The position numbers were made by a program, and so were the translations under genes. Positions 20,531 through 30,724 of a stretch of DNA of 64,000 nt are shown in pieces. This DNA is from a virus: the IMG/VR virus record IMGVR_UViG_3300017917_003893, positions 32,001-96,000 of that record. One strand, written 5' to 3'. The notes under the pieces are model-generated. The model was not told the DNA's origin. It searched no databases and was given only the letters and a program-made list of their open reading frames with translations. How positions within the stretch are numbered: the first letter of the stretch is position 1; every line of letters begins with the position of its first letter.

Positions 20531-21814
20531 ATGAAGAATCTTAAACTTGAGTTATTTAACTTCAAAAAGAATCTTACTCTTGACCAGGAGGAAGTTTCTG
20601 TGATAGTTGAGGGACATATGAATGCTTGTAACGAATTATCGGAAAAGCAAGTTATCGTTTCTCTTAATGAAAGACTTAAACCATACACATACGATAAGGA
20701 TGTTAAATCACTTTTGGAAAGTCTTAATGATGATATGAAAAACTATGAATTGTTATATGAATTGAAAAATTTATATAATGTTCTTAATTCTAAAAATCAA
20801 GGAGAACTTTACAGACAACCATTAAATGTTGTTCTTCAAACAATTAACTTAGAAAGTGACCAAGATAGAATGTCTAAAATTCTTAACGAATTAGCAGTTT
20901 ATGATTGGGTTCCTGAAGTTAAATTATTTGTTCATAACTTAACAAAATCACCAGAAAAGAAAACAAATCTTTTAAGTGGTGGTAAAGGTGAATCTACATT
21001 CACTATAGTTGAACAAGTAGAAGATGGTCATGTTGCTTTAGTTAAAGATTCTTGGTTCTTATTAAGTGAAAATGCAATTGAAAAAACATTATTAGAAAAT
21101 CATGTTAAAGATGAGGAAGCTCTAAAATCTTTAAGAATGTTGGAAACAGCAATGAAGTATGCTCAAGTTACTGAAGATAGAGTTAATTTTAGAATTTCTG
21201 AATACTTAACTGTTGGTTTATCTGTTGGTAAAAAATCTGGTCTATATATCAACGATGATGAGTTAAATGAAGATACAACATTAGAATCTTTATTCTCTTC
21301 TCCAATAGTTCCTATTGTTAATAAAAATTTCTATCCAATTTTAGTTGAAGTTTCTAAGAACTTAGACAAATTTGTTGAGTTAGATGTTGTTAAAAGAGTT
21401 AACAATTTAATTAATCCTTATTTAGAAGTTTTTGCTTTCAATTACAAAAACAATGTATTTGTATACAGATGTGATGAGAGATATGGTAATTCATTCTTCA
21501 AATATGAATCAGCTCTTGAATTAGTAAATGAAGTTAGAAATGAATTAAACTATGATTTAACTTATTTCTATGAGAATTCTTTATCTAAAGAATTAATCGT
21601 TAAAAGAAAACTTGAAGATAAAGAAAGAGAAATCACTCTTAAATTAGAAGATGTTAACTTTAACATTTCTAAAGTTAAAGGTTCTATAAAAATGATAGGT
21701 GAGTCTGAAGTATTAACAACAGCTCTTAAAAACCTAGAGAAGAGAAAGCAAAACTTAGATACTGAGTTAAATGCTACTAAAGAACTTCAATATAAAGAAA
21801 GAGTTAAACTTTAA
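20531..21814 (+). CDS. Hypothetical late protein, probably structural
   Basis: 427 aa; late promoter and own terminator; C-terminal coiled coil. Confidence 0.6.
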   Translation: MKNLKLELFNFKKNLTLDQEEVSVIVEGHMNACNELSEKQVIVSLNERLKPYTYDKDVKSLLESLNDDMKNYELLYELKNLYNVLNSKNQGELYRQPLNVVLQTINLESDQDRMSKILNELAVYDWVPEVKLFVHNLTKSPEKKTNLLSGGKGESTFTIVEQVEDGHVALVKDSWFLLSENAIEKTLLENHVKDEEALKSLRMLETAMKYAQVTEDRVNFRISEYLTVGLSVGKKSGLYINDDELNEDTTLESLFSSPIVPIVNKNFYPILVEVSKNLDKFVELDVVKRVNNLINPYLEVFAFNYKNNVFVYRCDERYGNSFFKYESALELVNEVRNELNYDLTYFYENSLSKELIVKRKLEDKEREITLKLEDVNFNISKVKGSIKMIGESEVLTTALKNLEKRKQNLDTELNATKELQYKERVKL

Positions 21815-21828
21815 TATTAAATATTAAT

Positions 21829-21861
21829 AAAAATCCTCAAAGAAATTTGAGGATTTTTTTT
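21829..21861 (+). terminator. Intrinsic terminator
   Basis: AAAATCCTCAAA-gaaa-TTTGAGGATTTT plus T run. Confidence 0.8.
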
Positions 21862-21953
21862 ATTTTAAATAAACTTACATGTTACATGATTATATAACAT
21901 GAAAGGTTAAAGAATTTAATTTTACTAAATTCTTAAAAAATAAGAGCCTATGA

Positions 21954-22319
21954 ATGTATTTAAATAATAAAGACCTGTATGTTGAAATTATAGTTTCTAA
22001 AGCACAGGGAAAACTAACAAGAAATGCCGAAAAAATGTTGGAGTTATTGGCTAAAAAAACAATCAAAAAAATGAGGTATTGGTCAAATGATGATAAACTT
22101 GATTGTTATCAATCCGGACTTCTTGATATGTTTCAAAATTGGTATAACTTTAACGAAGATAAATCTGTAAATGCTTTTGCTTATTTTACTGAAGTCTTCA
22201 AAAGAGGAATAGCTAAAGGTTATAATGAACTGTATAAAAAGAAAGGTGATAATGAACATCAAATTAGATTAATTTCAATTGAAGGTTCTAATGATGGACA
22301 AGGATTACACTCTTTATAA
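21954..22319 (+). CDS. gp55: Late-transcription sigma factor (gp55-like)
   Basis: YLNNKDL and NFNEDKSVNAFAYFT match T4-like gp55 motifs. Confidence 0.8.
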   Translation: MYLNNKDLYVEIIVSKAQGKLTRNAEKMLELLAKKTIKKMRYWSNDDKLDCYQSGLLDMFQNWYNFNEDKSVNAFAYFTEVFKRGIAKGYNELYKKKGDNEHQIRLISIEGSNDGQGLHSL

Positions 22320-22337
22320 TAAAAAGAACTTTAAAAT

Positions 22338-22366
22338 AAAAAACCCACTCAATGAGTGGGTTTTTT
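22338..22366. terminator. Bidirectional terminator
   Basis: A6-CCCACTC-aat-GAGTGGG-T6 between convergent genes. Confidence 0.8.
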
Positions 22367-22387
22367 ATTCTTCATCTTCATCTATTT

Positions 22388-23476
22388 TTATGCTTCTGTT
22401 GATACTTCAACTTCACTGTATACTGTTTTAAGCATTCTAAGTGCAACTTGATAAGGGTTGCAATTTGAAGCCGGTCTTCTATCCTCAAAATATCCTTTTC
22501 CTTCAACGATTGCCTGAGCTGGAATTCTTATAGAAGTATCTCTTGTGCTATATCCAAAACTAAACTCGTGAATTCCTGATGTTTCGTGAGCACCTGTTAA
22601 TCTTTGTTCATTATGAAGACCATAAACTTCTATGTGTTTCATATGATTCTTTTCCAATTTAGCCATAGTTTCTTTAATTAAATCAAGACCACCTTCTTCT
22701 CTCATCTCTTTTGATGAAAAATTAACATGACATCCTGTTCCATTCCAGTCACCTTTGATTGGTTTTGGGTGTAGAGAAACGTTTACATTATGTTTTTCAG
22801 CAACTCTATCTAGAATATATCTTGAAATCCATAATTGGTCAGAACCTTCTAAAGCAGTTACTGGTCCAATTTGATATTCCCATTGACCTAATAGAACTTC
22901 AGCGTTAATTCCTGAAATATCTAAACCTATTTCCATACACATATTCATATGCTCTTCAACTATTTCACGTCCAACAACTGTGTCGGCTCCAATTCCACAA
23001 TAGTAATCTCCCTGAGCTCTAGGTGTTTTGTCTATTTGAAATCCTAAAGGTAAACCAATTCCTTCGCCAAATGGCATATGTGGTTTATGAGTTAGAGTAT
23101 ATTCTTGTTCCCATCCAAACCAAGGAAGACTATTTTTGTCACCTTTCTCATCTAGTTTCAATTCATTTAGTTTATTAACTAATGATCTTCTATGATTTGT
23201 TTTATGTGGTGTTCCATCTGGGTTAAGAACTTCACAAAAAACTAATCTATTTGGAAATCCTCTGAATGGATCAGTTACTACAAAAACAGGATTCAAAAGA
23301 CAATCTGTGTTTTTTCCTTTACCAGCTTCAGCCTGTAAAGTTGAACTTCCATCAAATGACCATATTGGATAACTATCTGGGTCATTGGAGTGAATCTCTT
23401 TTGCTATTTTAGTTTTACTTCTTAATCTTTGTGGATTTGATCCATCAAGCCAAATGTACTCTAATTTAATATTCAT
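22388..23476 (-). CDS. glnII: Glutamine synthetase type II
   Basis: EYIWLDG, WSFDGSST, EQEY, NAEV..GQWEYQ, DWNGTGCH, RLTGAHET, YFEDRRPASN. Confidence 0.95.
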   Translation of the reverse strand: MNIKLEYIWLDGSNPQRLRSKTKIAKEIHSNDPDSYPIWSFDGSSTLQAEAGKGKNTDCLLNPVFVVTDPFRGFPNRLVFCEVLNPDGTPHKTNHRRSLVNKLNELKLDEKGDKNSLPWFGWEQEYTLTHKPHMPFGEGIGLPLGFQIDKTPRAQGDYYCGIGADTVVGREIVEEHMNMCMEIGLDISGINAEVLLGQWEYQIGPVTALEGSDQLWISRYILDRVAEKHNVNVSLHPKPIKGDWNGTGCHVNFSSKEMREEGGLDLIKETMAKLEKNHMKHIEVYGLHNEQRLTGAHETSGIHEFSFGYSTRDTSIRIPAQAIVEGKGYFEDRRPASNCNPYQVALRMLKTVYSEVEVSTEA

Positions 23477-23560
23477 ATATGTTGTTTTTTTTTTAATTTT
23501 ATATCATTTACTAAACTTTGTTTATTCGTTTTAATAAAATATTTATCTAAATTTAAAATA

Positions 23561-23860
23561 ATGAATAAGGTACTATTACAACTCTGGGAAGAATCTAATA
23601 ACAATAATGATTTTTTAAGTGATGGTTGTTCTTTACATATAGATTTAACACAAAGAAATAATTATATATCATCTATTTATGGTGATAGAAGTCATAATAG
23701 TGAAGGTTATGATAGAATAGTTGGCGACTGCGTTGAAGTTTTTGTAACTGATAAGTTATATGAGATGATTAAAAATGATAAGAGTGTTAAACTACCAGAG
23801 TCTTCTTTTCAAAATTTATTAACTTTTGAAGATATAATCTATAATAAGTCTATAGTATGA
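23561..23860 (+). CDS. Hypothetical protein
   Basis: 99 aa ATG ORF. Confidence 0.55.
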   Translation: MNKVLLQLWEESNNNNDFLSDGCSLHIDLTQRNNYISSIYGDRSHNSEGYDRIVGDCVEVFVTDKLYEMIKNDKSVKLPESSFQNLLTFEDIIYNKSIV

Positions 23861-24195
23861 TGTTTTATTTACCCATAATTCTCTTTATTTGGTCAGAGAT
23901 ATACTATGTTTACAATAAGTCTAAATTAGATGTTAGATTTAAAAATAAAGATATTTCAAACTCATCTAAATATGATTTACTCTATTATTTTAGTAGGGTA
24001 TTTTACTACATTTGGTTATCTTTTGGAATTTTTACAAGTCAATCAGATATATTTATCTTTTTATTTATTTTAATACTATTAAAATTACCTTTTTATTTTA
24101 TTAGTAAAAGAGTTTATTTTATATGGAATAATATACTACCTAGTATTTCAGTTATCTTTATGATAATTGCACTTGTTTATTATATTAAAGGTTAA
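23857..24195 (+). CDS. Hypothetical multi-pass membrane protein
   Basis: Several hydrophobic segments; ATGA overlap with previous ORF. Confidence 0.55.
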   Translation: MMFYLPIILFIWSEIYYVYNKSKLDVRFKNKDISNSSKYDLLYYFSRVFYYIWLSFGIFTSQSDIFIFLFILILLKLPFYFISKRVYFIWNNILPSISVIFMIIALVYYIKG

Positions 24196-24712
24196 ACTTT
24201 TTTAAGTGATGTTCTGTTATTATGATAAATTCATAACCTTTTCTATTACACCAATTTATCATAGTTTCCCATTTTTGCTTATTCTTATAAGCCATTTTTA
24301 AGTCATATTCAAAGTTTTTTAATTTCTTCATACCCTTTTCTGGTACTTCTAATTTACCTTCATTTAAGTCTTGTACCATTTTGTATTCTTTAAATGGTTT
24401 AACTTCAACTACAACTTGCTTTAAAACACCTTCAGAGTTTCTCATTTCGTAATAGAAATCTGGATAGTAACAGTGTTCTTTTACTTTTGTATCACCATTT
24501 TCAAAATGTGTCATTTGGTAAGGTATTATTAAACATTCCGCGCCCCACTTTGATATACTCTTGTTATTATCTAACCATGTCATTATTTTTCTTTCCCACG
24601 AGCTTCTGTAATATACACCACCTTGTGTATTTAATTTGATTACTTTGTCTTTGTATTTTGGTATATAGTTACCTTGACTATAATTTGCGTTATTTGGTCT
24701 TGAATTTAACAT
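24185..24712 (-). CDS. gp4: Head completion nuclease (gp4-like, TnsA fold)
   Basis: YRSSWE, IPY, YYPDF, VEVKP, KW...FIIITE. Confidence 0.88.
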   Translation of the reverse strand: MLNSRPNNANYSQGNYIPKYKDKVIKLNTQGGVYYRSSWERKIMTWLDNNKSISKWGAECLIIPYQMTHFENGDTKVKEHCYYPDFYYEMRNSEGVLKQVVVEVKPFKEYKMVQDLNEGKLEVPEKGMKKLKNFEYDLKMAYKNKQKWETMINWCNRKGYEFIIITEHHLKKFNL

Positions 24713-24757
24713 CTCTGTAGATTTGTTTCTTTTATATATAAAAGAAAATTTATTTCC

Positions 24758-25453
24758 ATGGGAGAATTAGTTGATAGAATTGGATTAAGAATGTTGGTCG
24801 ATGGTAGTGGTTTAGCTGATAACTTTAAAAATAATACACTATATTTTTATGATAAATATCAAAAATCCGATGAGTTAGTTACAGCTATAGGTATAAATGA
24901 CATACTTCCTGGTATGTTTTATCATTTTCACTATTTAGATAGTTCTAATTGGATGCAATACTCTCCAGTTTTTGTAACAAATTATAAAAAAGTTTCTAAT
25001 AAAATAATAATATTCGGTGTTAATTTTAATTTTATTCCTTTGGAAGTTAGAGCCTATTTATTTGATAAGTTTATGATAGAAGAAAACTTTGAAAAAGAGT
25101 TACCTTTAAAAGTTGATTACAAGGGAATGTATGACGAACTTAAAAAGTATGGATTTGAGTATGCTTTAGTTGAATATAACGCTTCTCAGATTAAATTAGT
25201 TCACAGAATTAAAATGGATGTTGTTCCTAGGTTTTTAATATCATCTCATCCAAAAAATAAATATGATCCGGCTAAATTATTTAGCATATGGCAAGTTAAG
25301 ATAAAAGATAGAGATAAAAGAGACCAAGAGATTATGCAATCAACTATTGATGATTTTTTTGATGTTAAGGATCAAATAAATGAGAAGTATGTTTTACTAA
25401 AAGACCATATTAAAAGAATTCAAGCCAATATGAAAAAATATGGAAATAGATAA
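24758..25453 (+). CDS. DNA end protector-like protein (gp2-like)
   Basis: PGMFYHFHY...GVNFNFIP..R resembles gp2; adjacent to gp4. Confidence 0.55.
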   Translation: MGELVDRIGLRMLVDGSGLADNFKNNTLYFYDKYQKSDELVTAIGINDILPGMFYHFHYLDSSNWMQYSPVFVTNYKKVSNKIIIFGVNFNFIPLEVRAYLFDKFMIEENFEKELPLKVDYKGMYDELKKYGFEYALVEYNASQIKLVHRIKMDVVPRFLISSHPKNKYDPAKLFSIWQVKIKDRDKRDQEIMQSTIDDFFDVKDQINEKYVLLKDHIKRIQANMKKYGNR

Positions 25454-25487
25454 TAATATATACATTAATAAAAAAACATCATAATAA

Positions 25488-25961
25488 ATGAGACATTTAA
25501 GAAAATTTGAAGAACTTGACTATTCAACATATATGAGTGCTGCTGATAAGATGGCATCTTATGGTCAAACATCTAAAGCTGAAGAGGTTAGAAAACACGC
25601 TCTTTCTATGGCTAGAAGAGTAATTGATGATATGAATTTTGGAATTTTAGTCGGTGGTGTTAGAACTTTTCCTAATGCTAAATTTGAAAATGCTAGAATA
25701 TTTAAATCTGGTAATGCTTGGTCACTTCAAGTAATACTTAAATCTGATGAAAATACACACAGTGTTAACTGTAAAGTTTTAGAGAATGGTGAGATTTCTT
25801 GGGCTGATGGAAATAAGTTTATGGATAGAGGTTCTGTTCTTAAATTTCAACAATTAGTTAAACAACTTGCTAAATTTCAACCAGACTTTTTAGCATTTAT
25901 AAAGGATAATAACTTAACACCTGAAGATCTTAAAGTTGTTTTAAGAACTTTTTATAATTAA
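25488..25961 (+). CDS. Hypothetical, putative virion internal protein
   Basis: MRHLRKFEE leader; late motif at 25454-25462. Confidence 0.6.
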   Translation: MRHLRKFEELDYSTYMSAADKMASYGQTSKAEEVRKHALSMARRVIDDMNFGILVGGVRTFPNAKFENARIFKSGNAWSLQVILKSDENTHSVNCKVLENGEISWADGNKFMDRGSVLKFQQLVKQLAKFQPDFLAFIKDNNLTPEDLKVVLRTFYN

Positions 25962-26062
25962 TTATCTGTAAAAAACCTATCTTCTTTACTAGCTTGACTT
26001 TTGGTTAATTATGGAGGAAGATGCGTTTTTTAATATATAATCTAAATACTAATTAAAAATAA

Positions 26063-27781
26063 ATGGCATCTTATAATCAATTTAGTGCTGGTTCAAATCA
26101 AACAAATTTCGCCTATACAAATGGTGCAGTAGAAAATAAAGGACTATTTAGTAGAATTTTAAGAGGTCTATCATCATATGGTATGAATTATGATGATATG
26201 ATTATCAGAAACCAAGTTGGTGTTGGTATAAACGAAGATCCATTTGCTGCTAGAGGAAATTCAATGTATGACTTTTTCTCACAAAGAGCAGTAGCCTCTG
26301 TGTTAAATAGAAAGTCTATTCCTTATCTTGATAAAGCATATGCTGATAAAAGAAGAATACTTAGAGAATATTCTATTAAAGATGAAATTAGAGACTTTGT
26401 TAGCTCTATTGCTGATGAATCTATTATTTATAATGATGATAAAGACTTTTGCTCACCAAAACCACTTTCTAATGACTATTCACAAGAAGTTAAGGACAAG
26501 TATCAAGAATTTTTTGAAAAAATATATCATAAATTTGGATTTTCAGATAGTATAACCGCTTGGAATATGATGAAGGATTTCTTAATTGATGGTTATATTG
26601 CACTTGAAATTATTTATGATGATAAGAAAAAGAATATTATTGGATTTAATAGATTAAGACCAGACACTTTAGTTCCGGCATTTGAGCCTAGTATTGGTCA
26701 CCTTTGGATTCAGTTTCCAGAAGATCCTCAATTAAGAAGAATATTCCTTGACTCTCAGATAGTTTATATATCATACTCTAGTCAGAATGATTACTCAGAG
26801 ACTTCATATGTTGAAGGTTTAATTAAGCCTTATAACCAGTTAAAAATTCTTGAGCAAACAAGAATTATGTTTAACATTATCAATGCTACTGTTTATCAAA
26901 AGTTTACTATTCCTATCAAAGGTTTATCAAGACAAAGAGCTGAAGAACAAATAGGTCAACTAATTAATGATTATTCTGAAGAAGTTGAATGGGATGATAC
27001 TTTAGGTACATTGACTATTAATGGCGCTAAACACTTACCTTATAATAAGCAAATATGGTTTCCTGAGGGAGATGCTGGTACACCTGCTATGGAGTTAGTA
27101 TCACCAGAAGGTCACAATCTTAATGAGAATGATATGTTAACTTGGTTCTACAATGCTTTGAAAAGAGCATCTAGAATTCCTTTTCAAAGATTTGATAAAG
27201 AAAATGGTGGTGGTAACTTGATTAATGACTCTGCTGATATGACAAGAGATGAGATTAAGTTTTATAGTTTCATAAGTCGTTTAAGAGCAAATTTCAAAGA
27301 ATTGATAGTTAAGCCACTTAAACTACAACTTTTAATTGAATTTCCAGAACTTAAAGAAGATGAGATATTATTAAATCAAATTGATATATCATTTAATTCT
27401 AATCAAGTATTTGAAGAATGGAAAAAATTAAATAACTTATCTAAAAAGGCTGAAATATTTGGAACTTTAGTTGGTGTTATGAACGGTGATAAACCTTACT
27501 TCCACGTTGAGTACTTAATGGATCATGTTTTCAAACTAAGTCCAGAAGATAAAGCTGAAAATCAAAAATATTGGGCTAAAGATGCCGCTGGTGTTGCTGC
27601 TGGTGGTGCCGCTGGAGCTGAGGGTGCTCCTGCTGAAGGTGGTGAAGCGCCTGTTGAGGGTGGTGAAGCACCAGCTGAAGGTGGTGAGACTGCTGCACCT
27701 GAGGCACAAGCCGCTCCTGAGACTCCTCCTGCTGAAGGTGGTGGAGAGGCCGAAGGTGGTGGAGCTGAATTTGAGTTCTAA
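26063..27781 (+). CDS. gp20: Portal protein
   Basis: FLIDG, KPYNQLKILE, RASRIPFQR, TRDEIKF..FISRLR; flexible AEGGEAP C-terminal tail. Confidence 0.93.
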   Translation: MASYNQFSAGSNQTNFAYTNGAVENKGLFSRILRGLSSYGMNYDDMIIRNQVGVGINEDPFAARGNSMYDFFSQRAVASVLNRKSIPYLDKAYADKRRILREYSIKDEIRDFVSSIADESIIYNDDKDFCSPKPLSNDYSQEVKDKYQEFFEKIYHKFGFSDSITAWNMMKDFLIDGYIALEIIYDDKKKNIIGFNRLRPDTLVPAFEPSIGHLWIQFPEDPQLRRIFLDSQIVYISYSSQNDYSETSYVEGLIKPYNQLKILEQTRIMFNIINATVYQKFTIPIKGLSRQRAEEQIGQLINDYSEEVEWDDTLGTLTINGAKHLPYNKQIWFPEGDAGTPAMELVSPEGHNLNENDMLTWFYNALKRASRIPFQRFDKENGGGNLINDSADMTRDEIKFYSFISRLRANFKELIVKPLKLQLLIEFPELKEDEILLNQIDISFNSNQVFEEWKKLNNLSKKAEIFGTLVGVMNGDKPYFHVEYLMDHVFKLSPEDKAENQKYWAKDAAGVAAGGAAGAEGAPAEGGEAPVEGGEAPAEGGETAAPEAQAAPETPPAEGGGEAEGGGAEFEF

Positions 27782-27799
27782 AATTTACTATAAAAAATT

Positions 27800-27825
27800 A
27801 AACCTCTCGATTGAGAGGTTTTTTT
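27800..27825. terminator. Intrinsic terminator between convergent genes
   Basis: AAACCTCTC-gatt-GAGAGGTTT plus T run. Confidence 0.75.
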
Positions 27826-28264
27826 ATGATGTCATTTTCGGATAAGTGAAGTAGAATGACTTAACTTGGTTATCTATAATTCTTTGGTTAATATCAATTT
27901 GAACTTTAGATTCTAATAAGTCGTTAATTATTTTACCCCACTCTGTTGTTAAAGTCTTTATTTTAATTTCTAATTCTAAAACATTGTTTTCTTTTAGAAT
28001 GAATTTCATAAATTTTATACTTGCTGATGCTTTTGTCAATACATCAAAATCATTTTCATCTATTACTGTGTTTACATATAATACACCAAATGAGTGGGAT
28101 GATATATCTAAAGTAAATTCTATTTTTTTATCTTCTAAAAGTGAACTTAATTTAATTTCTCTCTTGTATTCCGGCCAATTTTTAAAATTAGATAATATAC
28201 TCTCATATTGATCAAGAGTATTATTATCTAGATTTATATTAAATTTCTTTAATAACTCACTCAT
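27824..28264 (-). CDS. Degenerate prohead-protease paralogue (probably inactive)
   Basis: GVLY..VLTKASASI..KENN..KTLTTEWGK..INQR aligns by eye with GVVY..SLSRASHII..KESN..RLLNTYWGK..VSSR of ORF 30725. Confidence 0.55.
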   Translation of the reverse strand: MSELLKKFNINLDNNTLDQYESILSNFKNWPEYKREIKLSSLLEDKKIEFTLDISSHSFGVLYVNTVIDENDFDVLTKASASIKFMKFILKENNVLELEIKIKTLTTEWGKIINDLLESKVQIDINQRIIDNQVKSFYFTYPKMTS

Positions 28265-28265
28265 T

Positions 28266-30143
28266 TTAGAATAATGTGAAATCTATTTGTTTCTTTTCTA
28301 AATCAACTGACTTAACTACAACTTTAATAGGATCACCTAATCTGATTTTATCACCCATTTCATTAGTTATAGTATAGTTGTTTGTATCTACTAACCATTT
28401 TCCTTCAAGTGACTGGTATCTAATCATACCTTCACACTTACTTTCAATTAATTCAACATACATACCCCAATCAGTTACACCTGAAACAATCCCGTCAAAT
28501 ACTTTCCCAATTTTATCAAGTAAGTATTCAGCTTGTTTATATTTAATTGAATCTCTTTGTGCTTTCGCTGCTACTAATTCTCTTGATGAACACCATTTAG
28601 ATTGGTCTTCAATTTTACTTGGATTTCCTTGTTTACCTTTATTTAAGAAATCAAAAAGAATTCTATGTGTAATTAAATCTGGATATCTACGGATAGGTGA
28701 AGTAAAGTGAGAATAGTGAGTAAAACCTAATCCATAGTGTCCAATATTCTTAATTGTATAAGTTGCTTTAGACATACATCTTGTAACTAATGTTTCAATC
28801 ATATTTTCTTCAGGAGTTCCTTTTATTTCTTTTATTAATTTATTTAATGCTTCTTTTATTTGATTAGCATCATCGTTGATAGTTAACTCGTGTTTGAATG
28901 TGTTACAAATATTTACTAATTCATTTAATTTATCCATGTTTGGTGTATCGTGTACACGATAAACATTTGTCCATCCAGCTTCTGATAAAGTTTTAGCTAC
29001 CGACTTGTTAGCAAGTAACATAAACTCTTCAATTAACTTATTAGCTTCTTTTTGTTCTTTGAAATAAACTCCAATAGGTTTCTTATTATCTTCGGCTAAT
29101 TTGAATCTTACTTCAATACCACCCATTTCAATTGAACCTTCTTTAATTCTTTTCTTGCGAATTTTTTTAGCCAATTGGTCTAATAATCTAATCTCACTTG
29201 AATAATCACCATCGTTACCTTCAATTATTTCTTGAGCTTCTTCATAAGTGAATCTTCTATCCGAATGAATAACTGTTTTGCCTTGCCAAGAATCTAATAT
29301 GTTAGCATCTTTATCTAAAGTAAAGATTACAGAAAATGCTAATCTGTCTTCATTTGGTTTTAATGAGCATATACCATTACTTAATCTTTCTGGTAACATT
29401 GGTACACATCTATCGACTAAGTAGACAGAGGTTGCTCTTTTATAAGCCTCTTTATCTAATTCTGAATCTGGTTTAACATAGTGACCTACATCTGCTATAT
29501 GAACACCAACTTCTATTTTATCTCCTTTTACTTCTATTGAAAGTGCGTCATCAAAATCTCTAGCATCTACTGGGTCAATAGTCAATGTTGTAATACTTCT
29601 CATATCTTTACGAGATGATATTTCTTTTTCACTAATAACTTCAGGAACCAAAAATGATTCATTGATAACTTCTTGTGGAAATTCAACAGGTAAACCATAC
29701 TCAATCATAATTGAGTTCATCTCTGTATTGTTATCTCCAGAGTTACCTAAAATCTTTGTAATTTTTCCTTGAGGTGATTTTGAGTCTTCCCATTTTGTTA
29801 GTTCGACTACAACCTTTTGGTCGTTTTCAGCTTTTAACCCACCTTTGACGTAAAAGTCTACTGGAATTTTATTACTATCCGGAACAACAAATATAGTTTT
29901 TTTACCTATCTGTACTCTACCAACGAACTCTTTTTTAAATCTTGAAATAACTTCAATTACTTTTCCTTCTAATTTTTTTTCAGCTTTAAATATTTCTATT
30001 TTAACTTTATCTAAATGTAAAGAAGTGTGAGTATTTTTTTTATAAATGAATATTTCTTTTTCTTGTACTGTTAGAGATGCGTTACCGTTCGTTGAAAACT
30101 CTATTTGTCCTTCAAACACATCTCCCTCTTTTAATTCTATCAT
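28266..30143 (-). CDS. rnr: Ribonuclease R
   Basis: TIDPVDARDFDDA, IEEFMLLAN, HYGL...HFTSPIRRYPDL..HR, C-terminal S1 domain. Confidence 0.95.
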   Translation of the reverse strand: MIELKEGDVFEGQIEFSTNGNASLTVQEKEIFIYKKNTHTSLHLDKVKIEIFKAEKKLEGKVIEVISRFKKEFVGRVQIGKKTIFVVPDSNKIPVDFYVKGGLKAENDQKVVVELTKWEDSKSPQGKITKILGNSGDNNTEMNSIMIEYGLPVEFPQEVINESFLVPEVISEKEISSRKDMRSITTLTIDPVDARDFDDALSIEVKGDKIEVGVHIADVGHYVKPDSELDKEAYKRATSVYLVDRCVPMLPERLSNGICSLKPNEDRLAFSVIFTLDKDANILDSWQGKTVIHSDRRFTYEEAQEIIEGNDGDYSSEIRLLDQLAKKIRKKRIKEGSIEMGGIEVRFKLAEDNKKPIGVYFKEQKEANKLIEEFMLLANKSVAKTLSEAGWTNVYRVHDTPNMDKLNELVNICNTFKHELTINDDANQIKEALNKLIKEIKGTPEENMIETLVTRCMSKATYTIKNIGHYGLGFTHYSHFTSPIRRYPDLITHRILFDFLNKGKQGNPSKIEDQSKWCSSRELVAAKAQRDSIKYKQAEYLLDKIGKVFDGIVSGVTDWGMYVELIESKCEGMIRYQSLEGKWLVDTNNYTITNEMGDKIRLGDPIKVVVKSVDLEKKQIDFTLF

Positions 30144-30156
30144 ATGAGTATTCTAT

Positions 30157-30552
30157 TTAAGAAATCTCATTTTGTTTATCTCTCTTTGATATATTATCAA
30201 CCCCATACTTCTCTATAAGAGTCTTTTTCATCTTATTTAAGACTTTTTTATTTTGTATTGGGTAGTCAACTCCAAAATTTTTTCTTAAAGTTTGTTTTCT
30301 TTTAGATTCTGAACATTTTCTACAATAGTATTCTCCCCATGGGTTATCATATTTTACATAATTTTTAAAGATAACTTCTTTTTCCACACCACAACTATCA
30401 CATTTACATTTTATTTTATAGTGTGATCCTTTAGACATTAATTCGATAGGTATTTTTACAATCTCTCCTATTGACACGTCATATCCTAAATCATCATAGT
30501 ACTGATAATTTGATTCATTTATTTTAATTTCTATCTCTCTAGTAAGGATCAT
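30157..30552 (-). CDS. Zn-ribbon protein with xxKYGVxN-type repeats
   Basis: CDSC, CRKC; KNFGVDYP and EKYGVDNI repeats; no nuclease motif seen. Confidence 0.55.
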   Translation of the reverse strand: MILTREIEIKINESNYQYYDDLGYDVSIGEIVKIPIELMSKGSHYKIKCKCDSCGVEKEVIFKNYVKYDNPWGEYYCRKCSESKRKQTLRKNFGVDYPIQNKKVLNKMKKTLIEKYGVDNISKRDKQNEIS

Positions 30553-30724
30553 AAAAAACCGCTCAATTTCTTTTATTTATTAATTTTTTCTTTCTTCCTC
30601 ATGGTTTTTATAGAATATAGTTCCCGTTTGAAACATGAGTTGTCTATAAAAAATCCATCTTAAAAAAAAGGCGGTTTTTCATCGAATATATATACTCTAT
30701 ATTTTAAAAAATAAATACATTTAA

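Noticed and set aside
30157-30552. Homing endonuclease
   Set aside because: Only Zn-ribbon and YGV repeats; no HNH, GIY-YIG or PD-(D/E)xK core seen.
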